Part shown: piece after piece, positions 19,650 to 29,005 of the stretch | Layout: every line of letters begins with the position of its first letter | How positions within the stretch are numbered: position 1 is the first letter of the stretch | Assembly: GCA_043739185.1 (NCBI GenBank) | Contig: JAYUEN010000386.1 | Location: forward strand, 1 to 64,000 | Length of the DNA stretch: 64,000 nt | Source: Bdellovibrionales bacterium | GTDB taxonomy: Bacteria; Bdellovibrionota; Bdellovibrionia; Bdellovibrionales; JAMPXM01 | Direction: 5' to 3' | Position numbers and translations under genes: made by a program | Notes under the pieces: generated by a model | Database searches by the model: none | What the model was told of the DNA's origin: nothing | The model's input: only the letters and a program-made list of their open reading frames with translations

Positions 19650-20716
19650 TGAATGAAACAATAAAAAATTCCGCGCCCACTTCTTTTAAGTTTATTAGTA
19701 TTGACGAGCAAGGTTATCCGAACATTGCTGGCGAAAAAGTCACCGATGAAAACTTCGGAAAAGAAATAATCAAAAACATTTCTATGGACAAAGAGGGGCG
19801 CGCCTTTACAAAAGCCGCTGGCGAAAACTATCTCGTAGAGTATTTTGATGAGGCGCTGATTGCTCAGAATGTTGAGATTGTCGATGCCAAAACCGGAAAA
19901 ATTCAAATGGTCTATGGCTTAAGCGCGGGATTTAAATTTGAAACTCTTTGCTCTGACGAATGGGATCGTTTTCACGGCCTTACTGATAATCACGTACCAT
20001 TTGTGCTTTCGCGAGCGGCGCAAGCTGAATTTTTCAATCGAGTCGACAGTTTTGATGACGAAAGCGTTGAGGTGAAGGGAAAGACCTATACGATTGCACC
20101 GTTTTTTCAATTGAATCAAAATGTTCAGAGTCCTGATTTTTGGACCAAGCGCTATAAAGAAGAGAAAACCGAATGGAATTTGGGAGCCCCGGCACAAGCT
20201 TTGAAATCGATAATGCCGCAACTCAAACTTTCTTCACAGAGAATTGCAGTTTTAGGCGCCGGCACCTGCGAAGATGCGGCCTATTTGGCAAGCCTCGGTC
20301 ACTTCGTGACAGCGATTGACTTCAGTGGTGACGCTATTGCTAAAGCGCGGCTTAAATTTTCGCAGCTTGAACGTCTCAAATTTATTGAATGTGATATTTT
20401 TCATTTGCCCGCAAGCCTTGATCAAAATTTTGATCTGGTCTTTGAACACACTTGCTATAGCGCAGTTGATCCGACCAAGCGTTCACAGCTCGTAAAAGTT
20501 TGGAATCGGCTGTTAGCTCCCCAGGGGCATTTATTGGGAGTATTTTTTGCGGTTGATAAGCGCCAAGGGCCTCCATTTGGAGGAAGTGAGTGGGAACTTA
20601 AAAAACGCCTTGATAAATACTTTCGCCTTCTTTATTGGACCAGATGGCGTGAGGAAGGCTATGCGAGAGCTGGCCAAGAGCTTGTGGTTTTCGCGCAGAA
20701 AAGCAGCAAAACTTAA
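19649..20716 (+). CDS. class I SAM-dependent methyltransferase, thiopurine/thiol MT-like, with an extra N-terminal domain
   Basis: FW..RY....W, VLGAG, AIDFS, FEHTCY and GPPFG motifs in the C-terminal ~190 aa. Confidence 0.85.
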   Translation: MNETIKNSAPTSFKFISIDEQGYPNIAGEKVTDENFGKEIIKNISMDKEGRAFTKAAGENYLVEYFDEALIAQNVEIVDAKTGKIQMVYGLSAGFKFETLCSDEWDRFHGLTDNHVPFVLSRAAQAEFFNRVDSFDDESVEVKGKTYTIAPFFQLNQNVQSPDFWTKRYKEEKTEWNLGAPAQALKSIMPQLKLSSQRIAVLGAGTCEDAAYLASLGHFVTAIDFSGDAIAKARLKFSQLERLKFIECDIFHLPASLDQNFDLVFEHTCYSAVDPTKRSQLVKVWNRLLAPQGHLLGVFFAVDKRQGPPFGGSEWELKKRLDKYFRLLYWTRWREEGYARAGQELVVFAQKSSKT

Positions 20717-20865
20717 CTTAAATCTTCTGTCTTTCGCAGAAGATCGTCTTATGCCTCTCTAAGAAATTATTGATTTGAATTTAATTCATTTCCGGATGAA
20801 AAACTTGCATCGGATTCATGGGAGAATCCGTGTAATTGGGGAATTACAAAGCCGGGGGGTTTTGA

Positions 20866-21777
20866 ATGGAATTTGGGATTAGGTCAATTGTTCTTATCGT
20901 GGCATCGGCAGCTCTTGTTGCCTGCGGCCAAAATCAAAGTGGTGAAAATCTAGAGTCAAATAGTAAAGGCTCAAATGAGCAGGCGCCTTTTTCATGGGGC
21001 GAGGTCACGGGCATTATTGGTGGTCAAAACGTCAATGCAAATGATCCGATTGCTCGCAGTGTAGTTGCAATCTACGATGTTCAATATAAGGCATTGTGCA
21101 CAGCCTCGATAGTGAGCAGCAGATACTTAATTACAGCAGCACATTGCGTACATCCCGGATCCACCAGCAATCTTCGCGTGGTTTACGGAGCGGATATGAC
21201 GAATAAAGCAAGTATTGTGGCTGTCGGAATGGTCACTGGCGCGGTTCAATCACCTCTTTGGGCGACTAATCAAAACAAGGCAAGTGATACCGGTGATATT
21301 GCCGTTGTTCGCTTGGCCTCTCCACCTCCAGCTGCGTATGTTCCGGCCACTATTCTCAATGACAATTCGGCTTTGCAAGCGGGAAAGCAGGTATTGCTCG
21401 AGGGATACGGAACTTCAGTGGGTCATCCGGATGCAAAAAGCATCAATGACAACGGCGCGGGCGTACTTCGTGCGGTGGTAACAAAGATTATTAGTCCCAA
21501 CTATAGTCAAACAGAAGTGATGATCGATGAATCACAAGGCAAAGGATCTTGCCACGGAGACTCAGGTGGTCCGGCCTATATTCAGGTCGGAGGAAAGACT
21601 GTGCTATTTGGTGTGACCTCTAGAGGCACCGATCAATTCTGTTCAAAGAGCGTTATTTATACGAATATTTTAGCTTATGCCAAATGGTTTCCTACAGCAG
21701 TCCAACAGTTAGAGGGACAGGTTCAAAAATTAGCCTCTTCAATGATGCCAAGATTTGTTGCCAATCTTCAAGAATAG
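20866..21777 (+). CDS. trypsin-like (S1) serine protease lipoprotein
   Basis: Lipobox LVAC; IIGG mature N-terminus; TAAHC, DIA and GDSGGP catalytic triad motifs. Confidence 0.95.
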   Translation: MEFGIRSIVLIVASAALVACGQNQSGENLESNSKGSNEQAPFSWGEVTGIIGGQNVNANDPIARSVVAIYDVQYKALCTASIVSSRYLITAAHCVHPGSTSNLRVVYGADMTNKASIVAVGMVTGAVQSPLWATNQNKASDTGDIAVVRLASPPPAAYVPATILNDNSALQAGKQVLLEGYGTSVGHPDAKSINDNGAGVLRAVVTKIISPNYSQTEVMIDESQGKGSCHGDSGGPAYIQVGGKTVLFGVTSRGTDQFCSKSVIYTNILAYAKWFPTAVQQLEGQVQKLASSMMPRFVANLQE

Positions 21778-21803
21778 TTATTAACTTTTAGTGTGTTTAC
21801 CTA

Positions 21804-21830
21804 GGGGGCTGAATAGGCCCCCGTTTTTTT
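21804..21830 (+). terminator. intrinsic terminator
   Basis: GGGGGC...GCCCCC hairpin followed by T7, after the protease gene. Confidence 0.75.
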
Positions 21831-21843
21831 GGGCGGACTCACA

Positions 21844-22380
21844 TTGAAAAAATTAATATCACTAGCGATTTTATTTCCACTTTTTATAGGATGTAAGACG
21901 GCGCACAAGAGCGAGAGCCTCAAGATTCCTGCATTCATTCTTCCCGCAGGGCTAGAAGATATTTCCTATCATGCCAAGAAGAATTGCAAAGCTTTTGATG
22001 CGAACGGCGGAAAGACCTCTATTTCGGGAGATTTTGATGGCGACGGCATAGTAGATCACGCCAAAATTGTTAAAAAGAAAGAAAATGGTCAAGAATTTCT
22101 TTATGTCTGGCTCTCATCACAGGAATACAAGGGCATTGAGCTTGATGAAATTGGTGATTTAGAGGCCCTAAATAATATGTCATTGTCCTTGGGTAAACAC
22201 GGCACCCAAATTCAAGATGCGTGTGGTAGGGGCAATGAAGTTTTATGCGAAGAGAATGATCCAAAAGAGATCGTCTTTAAAAATGATTTTATTTGGTATA
22301 CTCAGTGTGAGGCAGCGGCCTCTATTTTCTATTGGAATCCACAGATCAAAGCATTTAAAAGAGTTTGGTATAGCGACTGA
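21844..22380 (+). CDS. hypothetical lipoprotein with an FG-GAP-like GDFDGDG motif
   Basis: Probable TTG start at 21844; lipobox FIGC; GDFDGDGIVD. Confidence 0.75.
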   Translation: MKKLISLAILFPLFIGCKTAHKSESLKIPAFILPAGLEDISYHAKKNCKAFDANGGKTSISGDFDGDGIVDHAKIVKKKENGQEFLYVWLSSQEYKGIELDEIGDLEALNNMSLSLGKHGTQIQDACGRGNEVLCEENDPKEIVFKNDFIWYTQCEAAASIFYWNPQIKAFKRVWYSD

Positions 22381-22384
22381 GGAA

Positions 22385-22424
22385 ACAGAAAAAGAAGGGC
22401 GCCATGGCTTTCACCAGAGCGCCC
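22385..22424 (-). terminator. intrinsic terminator of rnpB
   Basis: GGGCGC...GCGCCC hairpin followed by TTCTTTTT on the minus strand. Confidence 0.7.
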
Positions 22425-22437
22425 AAAATGTCGTAGT

Positions 22438-22828
22438 GAGTTTGAACGATAAGCCGGATTCTGTCTGAGGAGGATTCGACAATTCCCCCGGAGACGATTA
22501 TTCGTCTGCGCCAATGATTACTCATTGGCTGAAGCGATCTTACCCGAAAGTCAGTGCAGGCGACACTTGCCTTAGGCTTTTAAGGGCCCAAGACTGCTTT
22601 CCTATTTGATCTTGCTCCACTGAGAGTTTGGCTGTTTTCACTCCAGCAGCTCCCCCTCAATCTCCCGTTCCCGAAAGAGGGCTCAATGCTCTGGACATTC
22701 TCTCTGTTCCACTGTTCCGCACCTTACGGTGGAGGCTCGTTAAGCCCTCAGCTGCCTTATGGAGTCCGGACTTTCCTCTCTCAAAATGAGACAAGTCTCA
22801 CTTTGAAAGCAATCGTCTATTCAAGCTC
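22438..22828 (-). ncRNA. rnpB: RNase P RNA (bacterial, probably type A)
   Basis: Minus strand has GAGGAAAGTCCGGACTCC and ACAGAATCCGGCTTAT conserved regions; P1 formed by GAGCTTGAA/TTCAAACTC. Confidence 0.96.
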
Positions 22829-22835
22829 GCTGGCC

Positions 22836-22864
22836 AAAATAGCAGGGCCTGGGGTTTTTCGCAA
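22836..22864 (-). promoter_or_regulatory. rnpB sigma70 promoter TTGCGA-N17-TATTTT with extended TG
   Basis: Canonical spacing; predicted +1 coincides with the rnpB 5' end. Confidence 0.65.
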
Positions 22865-22886
22865 TACGAGAATTTTCAAAATATGC

Positions 22887-22913
22887 TCAAGCTAAAGTCT
22901 AGCTAGCCGATAG
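22887..22913 (+). promoter_or_regulatory. sigma28 (FliA) promoter TCAA-N15-GCCGATAG
   Basis: Near-consensus match; upstream of the small ORF at 22954. Confidence 0.7.
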
Positions 22914-22953
22914 GATAGGTGTTGGAATAATCAAGCGGTACGTTGGGGGATAT

Positions 22954-23064
22954 ATGAAAGCACAAGCCATTAGGCCTTATGTAGCTCGTAAACTAGGTCT
23001 TACGTTTGTTCTCGCCTTTATTAGTTTCTGTATGTTTGTTGAAATCATCAACCTACTTCGTTAA
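22954..23064 (+). CDS. small single-pass membrane protein, 36 aa (MKAQAIRPYVARKLGLTFVLAFISFCMFVEIINLLR)
   Basis: GGGGGA RBS, ATG, basic N-terminus plus hydrophobic helix; flanked by a promoter and a hairpin; below the ORF-track cutoff. Confidence 0.65.
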   Translation: MKAQAIRPYVARKLGLTFVLAFISFCMFVEIINLLR

Positions 23065-23067
23065 AAT

Positions 23068-23091
23068 CAGCCTCGTTTAAAAGCGAGGTTG
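23068..23091 (+). terminator. hairpin after the small ORF (CAGCCTCG...CGAGGTTG)
   Basis: 8-bp stem with one G-U pair; no clear U-tract on the + strand. Confidence 0.45.
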
Positions 23092-23094
23092 CAA

Positions 23095-23292
23095 ATGAAC
23101 GAATGGACTGCGGTTGACCAATACTTCCAAAAAAATCTAATTGGAAAAAATTCATTATTTGAAGTTATTTTGGGGCATAGACAATTGATTGAATTGGTCG
23201 GGAGAGAAAAGTGAGTAGAAGCAACTGCAATTCAGACGGTTGGTGAAAAGGCCTATGATGGTTACCTCATGGCATTGGTGAAGGCACTCTGA
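23095..23292 (+). pseudogene. internally deleted O-methyltransferase remnant
   Basis: MNEWTAVDQYF... joined to ...RQLIELVGREK*VEATAIQTVGEKAYDGYLMALV, resembling the two ends of CCoAOMT/MdmC-like O-methyltransferases; TGA at 23212. Confidence 0.7.
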
Positions 23293-23326
23293 AAAAATAC
23301 AACCTCTAGAGTTGTATTTTTTCAGA
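23288..23326. repeat. perfect 16-bp inverted repeat (possible bidirectional terminator)
   Basis: TCTGAAAAAATACAAC-ctctaga-GTTGTATTTTTTCAGA. Confidence 0.8.
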
Positions 23327-23420
23327 CAAGGTGTCTTGAAACAATCCTCAGGCCCTTACCATTTTTCAAGAGGAGCCTTAGTCCTTGCAAAGCGACTCCT
23401 AAATCAGCTAAAAATGAGCC

Positions 23421-24464
23421 ATCGAAAACGCACTATTAAACCCAACAGAAAAACTAAGAGCTGAGTTAAAAAAGAATCCTTTTTTACTTGCTCCAATGGC
23501 CGGAATTACGGACTGTGCCTTTCGTACTTTTATGCGCGAAATGGGTTGCGGAGTTGTGATCAGCGAATTGGTTTCAGCCCACGGTCTAGAGTTCAACAGC
23601 AAAAATACTTGCCGAATAATGGAGTTTGAAAAACTTCAAAGTCCCTATGGCGTACAGCTCTTTGGTGATTCTCCCGAAGTCCTTGCCAAGGGCGCGCGTA
23701 CGGTTGAAGAATTCGGCGCCGATTTTGTCGACCTTAACTTTGGTTGCCCGGTACCGAAAGTGGTAAAAAAGGGCGGGGGCTCGGCTATTTTGAAGGATCT
23801 AGATCGGGTAGCAGAAACTTTTAAGCAGGTTAAGGCGGCCACCAATCTTCCGGTCACTGTTAAAATTCGCACGGGTTGGGATGAAAGCCTCAAGAATGCG
23901 GATGAGGTTTGTAAAATTGCTTACAATGAGGGTCTGGCTTGGGTTGCTATTCATGGGCGCACTAGGGCTGCGGGCTACTCGGGATTGGCAAACTGGGAAT
24001 ATATTTCACAGATCAAGTCGAAGTCGAAGTTACCAGTTATTGGCAATGGCGACATTGCAAGTGCGGCTCAGGCAAATGATCGCCTCAAGCAAAGTGGCTG
24101 TGATGCCGTGATGATAGGTCGAGGATGCTTGAAGAATCCTTGGATATTTCTTCAATCCAAACGCATTTGGCTTGCTGAAGAAGCGGCCACTCACGGAGAG
24201 GATGACTTTGTTCAGATTTTTTTGAGCCTCAAACAGGCACTTGAAAGAAGTGCCGATGAAAAGATCATCATTCTTCAGCTTAGAAAGTTTGCCTCATGGT
24301 TCTCTTCAGGCTATAGTGGTGCATCCAATTTTAGGAAAACAATATTTCAGCAAGATTCTTTGGCTGGAGTAATGGATTTAATACACGAGTTCTTTACGGG
24401 ACTCCGCCAGAATAATCAGGCGGATACAAGTTCAGAATCATTTCTCATGGGCGGGCACGGTTAA
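23421..24464 (+). CDS. dusB: tRNA-dihydrouridine synthase B (start codon uncertain)
   Basis: LAPMAG, DLNFGCPV, KIRTGWD, IHGRTR and GNGDI motifs; the frame is open from 23418, upstream of the track start at 23496. Confidence 0.9.
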   Translation: MENALLNPTEKLRAELKKNPFLLAPMAGITDCAFRTFMREMGCGVVISELVSAHGLEFNSKNTCRIMEFEKLQSPYGVQLFGDSPEVLAKGARTVEEFGADFVDLNFGCPVPKVVKKGGGSAILKDLDRVAETFKQVKAATNLPVTVKIRTGWDESLKNADEVCKIAYNEGLAWVAIHGRTRAAGYSGLANWEYISQIKSKSKLPVIGNGDIASAAQANDRLKQSGCDAVMIGRGCLKNPWIFLQSKRIWLAEEAATHGEDDFVQIFLSLKQALERSADEKIIILQLRKFASWFSSGYSGASNFRKTIFQQDSLAGVMDLIHEFFTGLRQNNQADTSSESFLMGGHG

Positions 24465-24465
24465 G

Positions 24466-26298
24466 ATGGAAAATACAGTAACAGAAAACAAAATTCGCAA
24501 TATCGCAATTATCGCCCACGTCGATCATGGCAAAACAACTCTGGTGGATCATTTGTTAAGGCAAAGTGGATTGTTTCGTTCGAACGAGCACGTAGAAGAA
24601 CGTCTCATGGATTCTATGGATCTTGAAAAGGAACGCGGGATTACGATTGCGGCTAAAAATGCATCATTCCTCTATAAAGATTATCGAATTAATATCGTCG
24701 ACACTCCCGGCCACTCCGACTTTGGCGGAGAAGTGGAGCGTGCATTGACGATGGTTGATGGCGCAATTTTATTGGTCGACGCTTCAGAGGGCCCCCTCCC
24801 CCAAACGCGTTTCGTTTTGAAAAAGGCATTGGAGCTTGGAATTAAGGTTCTGGTATGCATAAACAAAATTGATCGTGCGGATGCTCGAATTGATGAAGTT
24901 CTAAATGAAGTATTTGATTTATTCATTGATCTCGATGCCAGTGAAGAGCAAACCGATTTTATACCAATGTATGCCGTGGCTCGAGAAGGCTTTGTAACGC
25001 TTGATCCAAAAGTGCGCACCAAAGATATGTCAATTATGTTTGATTGGATTATCAATAAATATCCGTCGCCAAAGGGAGACCCAACGGCGCCTTTACAGCT
25101 CATGGTCGCAAACATTGGTTATAATGATTATGTCGGTCGCCTTGCGATTGGTCGTGTGCAAAACGGAACTCTACGCGTGGGTGAAGAGGCACTTGTTTGT
25201 TTTGATGAAGGTAAAACGCAAAAAATTAAAATCTCTGCGCTATTTAGATACGAAGGCATGAAGCAAGTTGCCGCAAAGGAAGTTCCGGCAGGAGATATCG
25301 CGATTTTGGCAGGTGTCGATAAAATTACAATTGGAGATAGCATCACCTCTGTTTTGGGCTCAGTTCCTTCAAAACGCCTACGAGTTGAAGAGCCAACGGT
25401 AGGGATCATGATGTCAGTTAATGATGGTCCGTTTGCAGGCCTTGAAGGCAAGCAGGTTACTTCGCGAAAAATTTTAGAAAGGCTTGAGCATGAACTTTTA
25501 TATAATGTTTCGATTCGTTTAGAGCCGACCAATACTCCTGAGACATTTAAGATTCTGGGTCGAGGAGAGCTGCAGCTTGCAGTATTGATCGAGCAAATGC
25601 GGCGCGAAGGTTTTGAAATGACCGTTGGTAAACCACAGGTAATTATTCGAACAATAAATGGCGTAAAACATGAGCCAATTGAAAATATCGTAATCGATGT
25701 TCAAGAAGATTACTCGGGTGTTGTTTCTCAGAAAATAGGAATTCGAAAAGGTATTATGACCAATATGGTGAATAAAGGCTCGGGCCGAGTGCGCCTTGAA
25801 TTTCATATTCCATCAAGAGGTTTGATTGGTTATCGATCAGAATTTATGACGGATACTCGCGGTACCGGTCTTTTGAATACTATTTTTTCTGGATATGAAG
25901 AATATAAAGGCGAAATTACCCATCGAAAGAACGGCGCTATGGTCGCTGATCGAAAAGGTAAATCGACAGCATACGCACTTTGGAATTTACAAGAGCGTGG
26001 GCAGATTTTTATTCTTGCAGGTACCGAATGTTATGAGGGCATGATCATCGGCGAAAATGCTAAAGAAAATGATATGATCGTAAATGTTTCGCGTGAGAAA
26101 AAGCTAACAAACGTGCGAGCCTCGGGAACAGACGAAGCAATTAAGCTGACTCCTGTAAAGCCGATGACTCTTGAGCAAGCAATGGAATGGATATTAGACG
26201 ATGAAATGGTTGAGGTGACGCCGCTCAACATTCGCCTACGCTGCCGTGCGCTTGACCCGCATAAGCGCAAACGCGCTGCTCTTGAGAAAGAAGATTAA
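24466..26298 (+). CDS. typA: translational GTPase TypA/BipA
   Basis: RNIAIIAHVDHGKTTL, DTPGHSDF, GRGELQL and KKLTNVRASG motifs. Confidence 0.97.
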   Translation: MENTVTENKIRNIAIIAHVDHGKTTLVDHLLRQSGLFRSNEHVEERLMDSMDLEKERGITIAAKNASFLYKDYRINIVDTPGHSDFGGEVERALTMVDGAILLVDASEGPLPQTRFVLKKALELGIKVLVCINKIDRADARIDEVLNEVFDLFIDLDASEEQTDFIPMYAVAREGFVTLDPKVRTKDMSIMFDWIINKYPSPKGDPTAPLQLMVANIGYNDYVGRLAIGRVQNGTLRVGEEALVCFDEGKTQKIKISALFRYEGMKQVAAKEVPAGDIAILAGVDKITIGDSITSVLGSVPSKRLRVEEPTVGIMMSVNDGPFAGLEGKQVTSRKILERLEHELLYNVSIRLEPTNTPETFKILGRGELQLAVLIEQMRREGFEMTVGKPQVIIRTINGVKHEPIENIVIDVQEDYSGVVSQKIGIRKGIMTNMVNKGSGRVRLEFHIPSRGLIGYRSEFMTDTRGTGLLNTIFSGYEEYKGEITHRKNGAMVADRKGKSTAYALWNLQERGQIFILAGTECYEGMIIGENAKENDMIVNVSREKKLTNVRASGTDEAIKLTPVKPMTLEQAMEWILDDEMVEVTPLNIRLRCRALDPHKRKRAALEKED

Positions 26299-26385
26299 GT
26301 TTAATGTCGGTAAGTTTCTTAACTTGCCCTGAAACATCTTGTCTGTAAGACTTTTCAATTCATAAACTAATTGAAAGGGATCAAG

Positions 26386-27003
26386 ATGAAATCTTCATTT
26401 TTATTTAAAGCTTTGATTTTAGCTGCTGGGGTTGGCCTTACAAGTGGTGCAACTGCGGCTCAGCCAACAGTTCCGAATCCGCTCAATAATTTGGCGGGCT
26501 GTTATAAAGTGAGCTATCGCTTTGTTGAAGATGGCGCTCACGATACGACAATTGTTGGCGATTTCATCGAGTATGTTAGTTTTCAAACCACCGAAGTCGG
26601 TGGCCTTTTGTTTCAACATTATGGTCAACAAGGTACCGAAGTGATTCGTCATTGGGGCGAAACTTGGACTGTAGCCAATGATGGCAGTGTAAAACAATTA
26701 GTTGTAGGTCCGACCGGTAGAGCTCGATATGAGTGCAGTGGTCAATTTCAATTCAATCAGTTTCGCTGTTTTGTAAAGGATGCTCCTAAACCGATTCGCG
26801 ATACCGATCGTAAGGACTATGTGACCCTTGATCGTGATATTACTTTGCAAATTACCAGCAAGGGCTGGGTTCAAGCTCAAAATGATGTGAAAAAAGATGC
26901 GGCGGGAAAAGCAGTTTCAAATGAAGTTGGCTGGAATCAATATGAGCGGGTTGACGAAAAAGTTTGTGCACCATCAATTGAGTTTGCAAAACAAGATAAT
27001 TAA
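26386..27003 (+). CDS. exported DUF6607-like protein
   Basis: Signal peptide; GCYKVSYRF, IRHW and GWV..QN..K..E.G.N.Y pattern; probable start 26386. Confidence 0.6.
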   Translation: MKSSFLFKALILAAGVGLTSGATAAQPTVPNPLNNLAGCYKVSYRFVEDGAHDTTIVGDFIEYVSFQTTEVGGLLFQHYGQQGTEVIRHWGETWTVANDGSVKQLVVGPTGRARYECSGQFQFNQFRCFVKDAPKPIRDTDRKDYVTLDRDITLQITSKGWVQAQNDVKKDAAGKAVSNEVGWNQYERVDEKVCAPSIEFAKQDN

Positions 27004-27879
27004 TTAATCTCCGAACCAAGAATCATCTGAGTCTTCAGATGATTCTCCGGTTGCTTCGTCAGTGGTTTCAGGACTGTCTTTGACTTCTTGATTTACCTTT
27101 TCAGCCTCCACATTTTTATTAGCCAGCTTTTGACGAGGCGCTCTTTTTGAGAATAGAACATCTAGTTCCATAATTGCCTCTTCGGCATTATCCTGAGAAA
27201 TCTTTCGAAAACTCACAAGACGTTTAATAATTTTTGTAATTTCTCGCCTCGCAAAGGGGCTGAGAGTTCCTTTGCGGAAGCTCTGGTAGTTTTTTGTTGG
27301 ATTGGGTAAAAGCATGGCCAGCCAAGCGCCTTCAGCGATATTCAAACTGGCAACCGGCTTGGAAAAGTAAAATTGTGCTGCGTCCTTTATGCCGTAAATT
27401 TCAGGGCCCAATTCAACCACATTCAAATACTTTTCTAAGATTTCTTCTTTGGATAAAATTTCCTCGATTTGAGAGGCTAAAATAGCCTCTCGGAGTTTTC
27501 TAAAAACTGATTTTTCTTTGTTTAAGTAAAGGTTTTTTGCCAACTGCTGAGTAATGGTTGAGCCGCCACGAGCAAAGTGGCCGGTCTTGATATCCTTCTT
27601 TAGACTTTCACGCAGCTCAAACCAATCAAAACCATTGTGATCATAAAAGCTGCCATCTTCTGAAACGACAATCGCCATCTTAACGGCATGGGGGACATCC
27701 CGAATTGAGGTATAATTGGGCTCTTTCGGGCAGAGCTCAACCTGATTCATTTCAGTAACAAAGCAGCCTCTTATATTGTTGGGCCTTGGTGTTGAAACCA
27801 AAACCCAAGCCGCGCCCAAAGAAATGAGAATTAAAAAGCTTACAATTGAAATGATCACAGCAAACAAAAATCTCAACAT
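27004..27879 (-). CDS. mtgA: monofunctional biosynthetic peptidoglycan transglycosylase
   Basis: SEDGSFYDHNG, GGSTITQQLAKNL and RKLRE GT51 motifs. Confidence 0.9.
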   Translation of the reverse strand: MLRFLFAVIISIVSFLILISLGAAWVLVSTPRPNNIRGCFVTEMNQVELCPKEPNYTSIRDVPHAVKMAIVVSEDGSFYDHNGFDWFELRESLKKDIKTGHFARGGSTITQQLAKNLYLNKEKSVFRKLREAILASQIEEILSKEEILEKYLNVVELGPEIYGIKDAAQFYFSKPVASLNIAEGAWLAMLLPNPTKNYQSFRKGTLSPFARREITKIIKRLVSFRKISQDNAEEAIMELDVLFSKRAPRQKLANKNVEAEKVNQEVKDSPETTDEATGESSEDSDDSWFGD

Positions 27880-27940
27880 TCACAGACTATTAGCGTATAT
27901 TTCGCGCCTAAGCAATGTAGCTCACCAATAAGGGGGAATT

Positions 27941-28993
27941 TTGAATTTTTTTAAATCAAATTTTGGCGCCGCAATTTACTTTGTAGTTTTGACAGGCTTT
28001 TTGAATTTTGCTTGTACTGAAAAGAAAGCGCAGACCTCAACGCCAGCTGCAGCAACAGCTTCGGCCGCGACCAAAATCAAAGTTGGTATCGTATTAGATA
28101 AGGGCGGGAAGGATGATAAGTCTTTTAATGGTGCAGCCTTTGCCGGTGCCACACTTGCTGAAAAAGAATTGGGCGTTGAAATAAAAGTCGTCGAGAGCGC
28201 GGATGATTCAGCTTTTGAGCCATCACTTAGATCATTTGCAGAGCGAGAATATCCATTGGTAATCGGAATTGGTTTTGCGCAAGTCGATGCTCTCAAGAAA
28301 ATTGCTCCACAATTTCCCAAAACGCATTTTGCAATTGTCGACGGCACTGTTGATTTTGCAAATGTGGCGAGTCTTCGCTTTGATGAACACGAAGGCTCCT
28401 ATTTGGTTGGCTATTTGGCGGCCCTTGTTTCGAAATCCAAAAAAATTGGATTCATTGGCGGGATGGATGTGCCACTTATTAGGCGTTTTCAAATGGGATA
28501 TGAAGCTGGTGCTAAAGCCGCCGACCCCAAGATCGAAGTCATTTCAAATTATGCGGGAGTGAATAGTTCGGCATGGACCAATCCAGGTCGCGGAAAAGAA
28601 TTAGCACTTGACCAGTATTCTCAAAAAGTAGACGTCATTTTCACTGCGGCTGGCGCAACCGGTATCGGTGTATTTGATGCGGCAGAAGAGAAGTCGGCAT
28701 ATGTCATCGGAGTAGATAGCAATCAGGATTCATTGAAGCCAGGCCGAGTGCTCACGAGTATGTTAAAGCGTGTGGATACGGCAGTTTTTCAAATTATAAA
28801 AGACGAACTGGCAGCCAAGTTTGCTGGCGGGGTACATTCTTATGGCCTTAAAGATAAGGGTATCGATTATTCAGTTGATGAATTCAATCAAAAGCTCATT
28901 GGGCCACATCAAGAAAAACTAGAAAGCATCAAGGCTAAAATTATCAAAGGTGAAATCAAAGTTCCCGATTACTATTTGGTACATAAAACTTAA
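27941..28993 (+). CDS. BMP-family ABC substrate-binding lipoprotein (nucleoside)
   Basis: DDKSFN, IGVDSNQD and TSMLKRVD motifs; lipobox. Confidence 0.92.
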   Translation: MNFFKSNFGAAIYFVVLTGFLNFACTEKKAQTSTPAAATASAATKIKVGIVLDKGGKDDKSFNGAAFAGATLAEKELGVEIKVVESADDSAFEPSLRSFAEREYPLVIGIGFAQVDALKKIAPQFPKTHFAIVDGTVDFANVASLRFDEHEGSYLVGYLAALVSKSKKIGFIGGMDVPLIRRFQMGYEAGAKAADPKIEVISNYAGVNSSAWTNPGRGKELALDQYSQKVDVIFTAAGATGIGVFDAAEEKSAYVIGVDSNQDSLKPGRVLTSMLKRVDTAVFQIIKDELAAKFAGGVHSYGLKDKGIDYSVDEFNQKLIGPHQEKLESIKAKIIKGEIKVPDYYLVHKT

Positions 28994-29005
28994 AAAATTT
29001 TATCG

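Noticed and set aside
20791..20810. sigma54-like motif upstream of the trypsin protease
   Set aside because: GG-to-GC spacing is 11 nt rather than the required 10.
22686..22895. 69-aa ORF in the track
   Set aside because: Lies antisense to the RNase P RNA and its promoter; spurious.
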